Source: Armatimonadota bacterium
Lineage (GTDB): Bacteria > Armatimonadota > HRBIN16
DNA length: 64,000 nucleotides
Assembly (NCBI GenBank): GCA_026003175.1
Contig: BPGT01000001.1
Coordinates: 408,839-472,838 of the forward strand
Direction of reading: 5' to 3'
Within the stretch, counting starts at the first letter, position 1; each line of letters begins with the position of its first letter. The notes below the pieces were generated by a model. The model was not told the origin of the DNA. It worked only from the letters and a program-made list of their open reading frames with translations, and did not search any database. Below, one piece after another: positions 9,354-16,965 of the stretch. The translations under genes were made by a program, and so were the position numbers.

Positions 9354-11363
9354 CTACCTCCCCACAGGCTTTTCGGGCACCACCTGCCGCTCCGGCTCAG
9401 GATGATAATGTATCCCCAGTTCCTTCGGCTGACCATACAGCTCGGGGTTCAGATACTTGCCGCGATACTCTGCGGGCTTGGGTTGTTCGGTCTGGTAGCC
9501 GTACTCCTGCACCCAGCGGTCGTTGCGGACGGCTTTCACCTCCCACGAGACCTTTTTGCCGGGAACTCCACCGGCGATTTTGAAGCGGTTGTTCTGGATT
9601 TCCACCGCCACATGCAGGTTGGGCATGGGCGCACCGATGGCGGTGAGATGGTAGGACGGGTCGCGATTGATGGCTTCAAAGTAGTCGGGCAATAGCACCC
9701 ATGCCTCGCCGCGCGCATCCAGCACAACGTTTCCCCGATAGATGTTGTACGGTTCAGAACCCTCGGCGCTGTAGTGGTTCAGGAAGGCGTTTTCAGGGCT
9801 CAGCGGATGGTCTATCTGGAACGCCTTGGTGCCGGAGGCGCCGAACCTACCCGCGGAATAGACACCGTAGCCGCTGGGGCTGTTGCTCTGACCATACACG
9901 CCGTAGTTGGCGCCGCTGGTGGCGGTTGCAAAGCCATACACGCCCGTGCCCGAGGTGCTTGTGCCAAGCACGCCAAAGCCCGAGCCATCCTGAGAACCCC
10001 AGACCCCGATGCCAGACCAGCCTGTACCACGATTGATGCCGCGTACCGCGGCGGCAGACGTGCCAGGACTGGTTGAGGTCACCTCGCCCAGCACCCCAAC
10101 GGCATTATCAGACGTCGAGTTCGTGGCGCCGTGCACGCCGGGTGCAGTGCCTGTGGTCGCCTGATGGATGCCATACACGCCCGTGCCGTCGGGGCTGTCG
10201 CTTTGCCCAATCACGCCGGAGGCAGTGCCGCTGGCGGCGCGTGCCCAGCCATACACGCCGGTGCCAGAGGTGCTTTTGCTCCAGAAGAACCCACCGTAGT
10301 TGACGCCGCTGGTGGCGGTGGCATAGCCCCACACGCCCGTGCCCGAGGTGCTGGCGCTTTGCCCCCACACGCCGATGCCAGCGCCGCTGGTGGCGGTTGC
10401 CCAGCCCAACACGCCCGCGCCCGCGGTGCTGTTGCTCACACCCCACACGCCGTCGGCAATGCCGCTGATGGCGGTGTTCGTCACCTGGAACACTGCGCCA
10501 GAACCCACATTCGCGCTCCCACTGAACGGAAGCGTCAAGCCGTCATCCGACCCAGGAGCCCACATCGTCCCCGTCCACTTGAGCACCTGACCGGATGTCG
10601 GAGCCGTCGAAGAAACGGGGCGGGTCTGCAAGCCCGCTACCGTCGGGGTCGGGTAACTCCCGCTCAGGTCACCGCCAGCCGAACCGCCAGGCACCACACC
10701 CGAAATGGTGACGTTACTTGCCGCCGTCACCCGACCCTGCGCATTCACCGTGAACTGCGACACCTGCGTTGCACTCCCATAAGTGCCTGCCGCCACACCC
10801 GTGCTGGAGAGCTTCGCGTCGGTCACCGCGCTATCCGCCAGCATCGCCGACACCACTCCCCCATTGGCGATGGAGAAAGTGTTGCCAACCAACTGTAGCC
10901 CCGCCCCCGCGGTGTAGGTGGTATCGTTGTCCACACCGTCCGCAAAGCCTGCAGGTATGCCGCTAATGCCGGACCAGGGCACACTGAGCGCAACAAAAGC
11001 CAGCTGGCTGTAGGGAACACGGTTCACCTTCACACGCGGGGAGAGGGTGGTATACGAACCGCTGCCTGAGGGGCGCACCGCTATCTGCAGATACCGTTCG
11101 TTGCCGTCCCACACGTTGCCGAAGTCCAGTTCTGTGGTGAACAATCCGTTGCTGACGCTGATGCCGGTGCGCGTGATGGTGGGACCTACCTGTGAACCGC
11201 CGGAGTTCGCTGTCCAGAGAGAAAACTGGAAGTCATGGTTGCCGTTGGCGGGGACGCCGGATGCTTTGAGCATCCCCTGGTAGGTGAAAGGCTGTTGCGC
11301 AAAGATGCTCTGCATGAAGCACAGGAGCAAGAAGAGCATCCCCGCTGTACGTATTGCATACAT
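9354..11363 (-). CDS. Secreted glycine-rich repeat protein (tail-fibre/adhesin-like beta-helix candidate)
   Basis: Signal peptide MYAIRTAGMLFLLLCFMQSIFAQQ with AAGGAGGGG RBS before ATG 11363; >20 degenerate G-T-G-V-Y-G/ATATSG repeats; conserved-looking ~150-aa C-terminal domain. Confidence 0.6.
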   Translation of the reverse strand: MYAIRTAGMLFLLLCFMQSIFAQQPFTYQGMLKASGVPANGNHDFQFSLWTANSGGSQVGPTITRTGISVSNGLFTTELDFGNVWDGNERYLQIAVRPSGSGSYTTLSPRVKVNRVPYSQLAFVALSVPWSGISGIPAGFADGVDNDTTYTAGAGLQLVGNTFSIANGGVVSAMLADSAVTDAKLSSTGVAAGTYGSATQVSQFTVNAQGRVTAASNVTISGVVPGGSAGGDLSGSYPTPTVAGLQTRPVSSTAPTSGQVLKWTGTMWAPGSDDGLTLPFSGSANVGSGAVFQVTNTAISGIADGVWGVSNSTAGAGVLGWATATSGAGIGVWGQSASTSGTGVWGYATATSGVNYGGFFWSKSTSGTGVYGWARAASGTASGVIGQSDSPDGTGVYGIHQATTGTAPGVHGATNSTSDNAVGVLGEVTSTSPGTSAAAVRGINRGTGWSGIGVWGSQDGSGFGVLGTSTSGTGVYGFATATSGANYGVYGQSNSPSGYGVYSAGRFGASGTKAFQIDHPLSPENAFLNHYSAEGSEPYNIYRGNVVLDARGEAWVLLPDYFEAINRDPSYHLTAIGAPMPNLHVAVEIQNNRFKIAGGVPGKKVSWEVKAVRNDRWVQEYGYQTEQPKPAEYRGKYLNPELYGQPKELGIHYHPEPERQVVPEKPVGR

Positions 11364-11582
11364 GAGAACCCCTCCTTTACATGACCCACAAGCAGGGTAA
11401 ATCTGAGGGGTGGTCCAGGAGGTGCCGCAGGTGTCCATCCTGAGATCTACCATGCTTGGCTGGTTGTTACAAGACGTTAGCATAGATAAATATTTTTGTC
11501 AAGCCTTCTGGAGGGTGTTCGAGAATTGTTGAGAAGTTGGTTGTAGCGCAAGGAGAGAGGCGTTCTTGCTATCCCTGCCTTA

Positions 11583-11661
11583 CCTCACCCCCGTCCCCTC
11601 TCCTGCGAGGAGAGGGGCGTTCCCCCTTCCCTTGCAGGGAAGGGGGCAAGGGGGTTAGGTT
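11583..11661. repeat. Family A nested-palindrome repeat (single unit)
   Basis: cccctctcctgcgaggagagggg and cccccttcccttgcagggaaggggg hairpins followed by caagggggttaggtt; in divergent promoter region. Confidence 0.7.
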
Positions 11662-11869
11662 ATCTATCCATTCAACCAGCAATTTCGAACACCCTCAGCC
11701 TTCTGCATGAAGCGGGAAGGAAATCCATGCGAGATGAACGACCCTCGCCTCCTGATGAATTTATATCCCCGAAAAATCTTCCCTTATCTAAAATTTTTTT
11801 GCAGGAAATGATAAGATAAACGTAGTAAGCATAGATGTTTAGACTTATCAACTACAGTGAGGTACTCAA

Positions 11870-12335
11870 ATGCATGTCTGGCGTCCTATGTTTGTGACGA
11901 TTGCGCTGGTTATGCTGGTACTTGGCGTACGTCTTGTCATGGTGCCAAAAGACTTCGGTGTGCACGGCAAGACCTACGCCTACAAGTGGGTACCGGAAGT
12001 CGAGTGAAGCGGAATGGAAAGCAATAAGGGCGAAGTATCGCGGAACAGAATACTGTAGAGATTGCCATGAGGAACAACTGACACACCTCCTTCGTTCACC
12101 GCATGCCCCTATCCAGTGTGAAAACTGCCATGGACCGGCGATGGAACACCCGGATAACCCTGAGAAACTGCCTATAGACAGAAGCAGGGAGCTCTGCTTA
12201 CGCTGTCACGCTTCCCTGCCCTATCCGGGAAGCGCGCGCGCCCGGATCAAAGGCATCGAACCGGATAAACATTACCCGGACACCGAGTGCTCAGAGTGCC
12301 ACAATCCCCACAATCCCGTACAAGCAGGAGGGTAA
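11870..12335 (+). pseudogene. NapC/NirT/NrfH-like membrane-anchored tetraheme cytochrome c, interrupted by a +1 frameshift at an in-frame TGA (12005-12007)
   Basis: ATG 11870 with GAGGT RBS encodes TM anchor MHVWRPMFVTIALVMLVLGVRLVMVP... ending at TGA 12005; four CxxCH motifs (CRDCH, CENCH, CLRCH, CSECH) continue in +1 frame from 12006. Confidence 0.55.
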
Positions 12336-12337
12336 CC

Positions 12338-13114
12338 ATGTTAACCAGACGAGCGTTCATACGCAGAGTGCTGCAAACGATATCTGGAGCATTAGGCGCT
12401 GCGAGCGTTGCTGCGGTTGTGTTTCGCAGGCGCGCCGCGGCCAACACGAAGACCGCCCGGTGGGCTTTCCTGGTAGATACCTACAAATGTGTCGGGTGTG
12501 GTTTCTGCGTCAAGGCGTGCAAACTCGAGAACGACGTGCCGTATGAAGCGAACGCTACCCGCACCTGGGTAGAACGCTACATCCTGACCAAAAAGGGAGA
12601 ACTGCTCATCGACACCCCGAAGGGGGCACGCGATGGCTTCATCTCCCCCAATGTGCAGCTCGGCAAAAACACCTACCGGGAGGTAAAGCCGGACGAGATT
12701 GCTAAGGCGTTTTTCGTGCCAAAGCTGTGTAATCAATGCGAAAACCCGCCGTGCGTACAGGTGTGCCCTGTCGGTGCTACCTATCAGACAGAAGACGGCG
12801 TGGTGCTGGTGGACCGCAAATGGTGCATCGGGTGCGGTTATTGCATCATGGCGTGCCCTTACGGGGTACGTTTCTTCCACCCGGTATACCGTGTCGCCGA
12901 CAAATGCAACTTCTGCTATCACCGTATCAGTCAGGGCATGAAGCCGGCCTGCGTAGAAGCCTGCCCGTTCGGAGCGAGGCTTATTGGAGACCTGAGCAAC
13001 CCCAGCGACCCGGTGACGCAATACATCATGACACAGAGAGTCGGCGTCTTGAAAGAGGACTACGGAACCAAGCCACAGGTGTACTATGTTGGACTGAGTA
13101 AGGAGGTACGCTGA
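12338..13114 (+). CDS. 4Fe-4S ferredoxin-type iron-sulfur subunit of a CISM-family oxidoreductase (NrfC/PsrB/HybA-like), Tat signal
   Basis: Twin-arginine N-terminus MLTRRAFIRRV; four Cys clusters (CVGCGFC..C, CNQCENPPCVQVC, CIGCGYCIMACP, CNFC...C); CAGGAGGG RBS. Confidence 0.8.
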   Translation: MLTRRAFIRRVLQTISGALGAASVAAVVFRRRAAANTKTARWAFLVDTYKCVGCGFCVKACKLENDVPYEANATRTWVERYILTKKGELLIDTPKGARDGFISPNVQLGKNTYREVKPDEIAKAFFVPKLCNQCENPPCVQVCPVGATYQTEDGVVLVDRKWCIGCGYCIMACPYGVRFFHPVYRVADKCNFCYHRISQGMKPACVEACPFGARLIGDLSNPSDPVTQYIMTQRVGVLKEDYGTKPQVYYVGLSKEVR

Positions 13115-13115
13115 C

Positions 13116-14366
13116 ATGGAAGTGCACGGCGAAGTGTGGACACTGAAGGAGCTCTTCGTCTACCCGAACGAGTACATCTACTGGAGCGTACAAATCGTCA
13201 TGTATCCTTTCATGACGGGGCTCGTTGCGGGAGCGTTCGTGTTGTCGTCGCTGTATCACGTGTTTGGCATCAAGCAGCTCAGGGAGATGGCACGCTTCTC
13301 GCTAGTGCTTTCGTTTGCGCTGCTTCTGGCAGCGCCGCTGCCCTTGCTGTTTCACCTTCTACAACCGACACGCGCCTTCAACGTGTTTTTGACCCCCCAT
13401 TTTACCTCAGCTATCGCCGCGTTTGGCATCGTCTTTTCGGGGTATATGGCAATCGTCGCTTCTGAGATATGGTTTGTGTACCGAAAACACTTCGTGACAC
13501 AGGCGCTACTGCTCAGGCAAAAACGAGACAGAAGCCTCGCGGAGAGCCTATTGCACCTGCTGTATTCCGTGCTCACCCTTGGCGCATACGATATCAGCGA
13601 GGAGGCGTTGCGTAAAGATGAGCAGGCTATCCGGTGGCTTGCCGGAGTGGGTATTCCGGTCGCTTGCTTCCTGCACGGCTATGCCGGTTTCATCTTCGGC
13701 TCGGTAAAGGCGAACGCCCTGTGGATGACCCCGTTGATGCCTGTTATTTTCATCATGTCGGCGGTAGTCTCCGGCATCGCCCTGTGCATGTTAAGCTATA
13801 TCGTGGTCATGGAAGCCAGAAGGAGACGAGTATCAGATGCGTTTGCTCCTTACCAGATGACACGTGAGCAGATCAGAGGGGTAGAACTGCAAGAGGTGAC
13901 CATCACCGCCAGGTATCTGGTGTTCTTCATGATATTCGCCATCAGCCTCGAACTGCTTGACCTCGTTTTTCGCGAATACACCGCGCTGAAGTCGTGGGAC
14001 ATTTTGCGTCGGGTCATCTACGGCAGGGATTTCCTCAACATCTTCATCCTTCAGTATCTGGTGGGCAACCTTGTGCCGTTCGCTTTGCTTCTACTACCTC
14101 GCCTTACCATCCGGCGGGCGGTGGTCAGCCTGCTGCTGGTGCTTTTTGGCGTATTTATGATGCGCTGGAACGTGGTCATCGGAGGGCAGGCGTTCTCGCT
14201 GAGTTTCTCGGGGTTCATGCACTATCACTTGCCCATCGTACCTCATGACCTCGATACCTTCAAAGAGGGCGCGCTGGGAGCGGCGGTAATCCTCGTAGTG
14301 CCGTACATGCTGTTCTGGTTGTTCGGCAAGATACTCCCTGTTTTCGAGCCGGAAGAGACCCATTGA
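13116..14366 (+). CDS. NrfD/PsrC-family polysulfide-reductase-like integral membrane subunit
   Basis: 416 aa, ~8-10 predicted TM helices; N-terminus ...YPNEYIYWSVQIVMYPFMTGLVAGAFV typical of NrfD family; starts 2 nt after the FeS gene. Confidence 0.8.
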   Translation: MEVHGEVWTLKELFVYPNEYIYWSVQIVMYPFMTGLVAGAFVLSSLYHVFGIKQLREMARFSLVLSFALLLAAPLPLLFHLLQPTRAFNVFLTPHFTSAIAAFGIVFSGYMAIVASEIWFVYRKHFVTQALLLRQKRDRSLAESLLHLLYSVLTLGAYDISEEALRKDEQAIRWLAGVGIPVACFLHGYAGFIFGSVKANALWMTPLMPVIFIMSAVVSGIALCMLSYIVVMEARRRRVSDAFAPYQMTREQIRGVELQEVTITARYLVFFMIFAISLELLDLVFREYTALKSWDILRRVIYGRDFLNIFILQYLVGNLVPFALLLLPRLTIRRAVVSLLLVLFGVFMMRWNVVIGGQAFSLSFSGFMHYHLPIVPHDLDTFKEGALGAAVILVVPYMLFWLFGKILPVFEPEETH

Positions 14367-14369
14367 GAC

Positions 14370-14858
14370 TCACGACGTTCGGACCTGCCGAAACGCCAGT
14401 TCCACCGCCTGGTCGGGGGTTTGCGCCACGTACAGCGGGGCGAAGTCGCGAGGAGGCAACTCCCACGAGCGCAGCAGCACCACCGGCTTGCCGATTTTGA
14501 GCGCAAGTGCGATTTCCGAGAGGGTGCCGTAACCACCCGAAATGGCGATAATGGCGTCGCAAGCGCATACGTTCACCCAGTTGCGTCCATCGCGCAGACC
14601 GGTGAATATCGCCACGTCGATGTAGGGATTGGGCGGGGTTTCACTGGCGTTCATACCCGGCATGATGCCGATGGTGAGACCTTCCGCCTCTTTGGCACCT
14701 CGCGCAGCGGCTTCCATCACCCCGCCACGCCCGCCACACAGCAGCACGGCGCCGCGTTCAGCAATCAGCCTTCCTACTTGCCGTGCCATCTCGTACGTCG
14801 GCTCATCGCACTGCGAAGCTCCCATTACCCCGATGACTACTCGATAGGTTCGCTCCAC
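14370..14858 (-). CDS. LOG-family / TIGR00725-type Rossmann-fold protein
   Basis: GGRGGVMEAAARGA and ISGGYGTLSEIALAL motifs characteristic of the LOG/TIGR00725 (SLOG) superfamily. Confidence 0.7.
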   Translation of the reverse strand: MERTYRVVIGVMGASQCDEPTYEMARQVGRLIAERGAVLLCGGRGGVMEAAARGAKEAEGLTIGIMPGMNASETPPNPYIDVAIFTGLRDGRNWVNVCACDAIIAISGGYGTLSEIALALKIGKPVVLLRSWELPPRDFAPLYVAQTPDQAVELAFRQVRTS

Positions 14859-14874
14859 TGGCTTTCATCCCCCT

Positions 14875-15537
14875 TCACGCTGGCTGGATACACAGCGGGT
14901 CATCGTTGTTGGGGTTGTTCACACGCGAGGATACCGGATAAGCCTCCAGATCCGTCTCCGGGTATGCCCGCAGCATGGTCAGCAATCGCGCAGGGTCTTT
15001 CAAGGAAGTATCCAGCCACAGCGACTCATGTTCGGGCTTCAAGATAACGGGCATGCGATGGTGGATCGGCGCAATGAGCGCGTTGGGCTCTGTGGTGATA
15101 ATGGTGCAGGTGCGTAGCGGAGAACCGTCGGGCGATTGCCACTCGTCCCATAGCCCGGCGAAAGCAAAGAGCCCTCCATCGCGCCTGCGGATGTATATGG
15201 GAACACGACGGTTACCTTCCTTGCGCCACTCATAGAAACCGTCGGCGGGTATCAGGCATCGACGGCGCGTGAGCGAGTACTTGAAAGCCGGTTTTTCCGC
15301 CAGCGTTTCGGCGCGGGCGTTAATCAGCCGATTGCCTATCTCGGCGTCTCTCGCCCAAAAGGGGACCAGCCCCCATTGACAGGCTTCCAGTCTGCGCTCC
15401 CCATTCTGCATAATCACCGCCACCGGCTGTGAAGGCGCAATGTTGTAACGGGGGGCGAATTCAAAGAGCACGAACTGCACCCCGAAGCGTTCTGCTACCG
15501 CCTGCGTGGTTTGTGTCAGGGTAAAGCGTCCGCACAT
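14875..15537 (-). CDS. SOS response-associated peptidase (SRAP/YedK family)
   Basis: Starts MCGRF (catalytic Cys2 after Met removal), 220 aa; longer upstream ORF extension lacks RBS. Confidence 0.8.
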   Translation of the reverse strand: MCGRFTLTQTTQAVAERFGVQFVLFEFAPRYNIAPSQPVAVIMQNGERRLEACQWGLVPFWARDAEIGNRLINARAETLAEKPAFKYSLTRRRCLIPADGFYEWRKEGNRRVPIYIRRRDGGLFAFAGLWDEWQSPDGSPLRTCTIITTEPNALIAPIHHRMPVILKPEHESLWLDTSLKDPARLLTMLRAYPETDLEAYPVSSRVNNPNNDDPLCIQPA

Positions 15538-15655
15538 AGGTGGTACCATCCCTTCGCGTCTTTCTGTATTGATGATACTCCACAGCGGACAGACAATGAA
15601 AGAGGGGGGAGAACTGGAGAGCGGCATTAGCCGCTCTCCAGTGGTTGAGGTTTTT

Positions 15656-15829
15656 TTAGTTATTGGCTCCCGCCGCGCCGGTGCCCTTGGGTTTCATGGG
15701 ACCGGTGTAATAGTTCGGCGGAAGCTTATCTTCCCTCTTTCCACATCCTGCCAGCAGCACCGGCAACAGCATTGCCGCCGCCAGCAGGAGCAACATTGCG
15801 CTACGAGAGCGCCGGGCTACGCCACGCAT
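15656..15829 (-). CDS. Small lipoprotein (57 aa), not in ORF track
   Basis: ATG 15829 with GGAG RBS; signal peptide MRGVARRSRSAMLLLLAAAMLLPVLLAGC with lipobox LLAGC; followed by a perfect 12-bp-stem hairpin (15614-15641). Confidence 0.45.
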   Translation of the reverse strand: MRGVARRSRSAMLLLLAAAMLLPVLLAGCGKREDKLPPNYYTGPMKPKGTGAAGANN

Positions 15830-15835
15830 CGTCCG

Positions 15836-16723
15836 CTACTCCATCGAGAAGGTATAGTAGGTCTTGTACCAGACGGTCTGCCCGTTCTCAACGGTCGAGG
15901 ACAGGTAGCGCTCCGAGTTGCGAGCGATGCGCTTGGCATGTCCATCCAAGAACACGTAGTTGGCGCCGTCCTGGTGCACGAACGCCGACTCGCAACCCAG
16001 CACGATCACAAAGTAGCCGCCACCCACCATGGTGATACCATCACCGATCAGAACGGTCTCGGCGGGGCGCCTCACCTCAGGCATATAGCGGGTTAAACCA
16101 CCCATATCTGGCGGATATGCCAGGCTACCGGCGTACTGGTAGTACGGGTCCTGCTGGGTGCCGCTGCCCGCGCGGGTTGCCATCTGGAAGGTGATTGCAT
16201 AGTGTGACCACACTTCCACCGGTGGCCAGAAATCATCCAGCTCGCCCGGGTAGCAATCAGGAGCGTCCGCACCCTTCTTGATGGACTCCGGGTTACCGGA
16301 AGGGCAGGCAAATACGCCAGAGGGGGGGTTAGTTCCACCGTTCTTCACATACGGCTGCAACAGACCGGTCCACAGGCGCTGAGCGCGCGGTTCACCGGAG
16401 TAGTTTGCACGTCGCAGCTAGGGCACGATAGCCTCGTCATAGTCTTGGGCATACATGAGCACAGCCGTGCCCATCTGCTTGCAGTTGCTCAAGCATCCGG
16501 CAGCACGTGCTTTCTCGCGTGCCTGAGCAAAGACAGGGAACAGGATGGCTGCCAGTATCGCGATAATCGCGATAACTACCAGCAGCTCAATCAGTGTGAA
16601 CGCGAAACGTCTCGCGTGATGCATCGGTTCGACCTCCTCAAAAGTTTCAGGATTTTCATCAGCACCGTTGGGATGATGCCCAATACAAAGGGTTCCTTCG
16701 TTGGGGGAACACTCCCGCGGCAA
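15836..16723 (-). pseudogene. Prepilin-type N-terminal cleavage/methylation domain protein with H-X9-DG (DUF1559) domain, containing an in-frame TAG at 16418-16420
   Basis: N-terminus [26 protein letters not shown]; C-terminal FVHQDGANYVFLDGHAK; both halves in one frame split by a single amber codon; intact paralog at 24861-25616. Confidence 0.6.
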
Positions 16724-16911
16724 AGCAGGTAGTAGACACAGTACACCCTGAACGATTCAGCCTTTGCTATGATTCTAACGGCGTCTGCAGATTTTGTCAA
16801 GAGGTGAATCGAAAAATCCGCAATTTTTGCAGTTTAAGCGAAAAAATGTTTGAAAGAGACAATTTTGTACGCGCAATCACGATTATTTGCTTAAGAAGCT
16901 ATTTGTGAGTA

Positions 16912-16960
16912 CAGCAGGAGGGTGCTGTTGACATTTCGCAGACAGACCACCCTCCTGCTG
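16912..16960. terminator. Perfect 13-bp inverted repeat (CAGCAGGAGGGTG/CACCCTCCTGCTG) with 23-nt loop, immediately 3' of the metalloprotease gene
   Basis: Seen directly; 6 nt downstream of the minus-strand stop at 16966-68; no clean U-tract, so it could be a Rho-dependent or protein-binding site instead. Confidence 0.3.
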
Positions 16961-16965
16961 GAACT

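Noticed and set aside
9701-10898. Arg/His/Pro-rich plus-strand ORFs (e.g. 10131-10898, 255 aa) opposite the Gly-rich protein gene
   Set aside because: They mirror the Gly-codon-rich sense strand (GGN antisense = NCC/Pro, Arg) and have no RBS, so they are spurious.
11990-12010. Programmed +1 ribosomal frameshift (prfB-like) at the TGA in the cytochrome gene
   Set aside because: There is no slippery P-site codon or upstream SD-like stimulator of the prfB type (context is GAG-TGA-A). An indel or pseudogene is more parsimonious.
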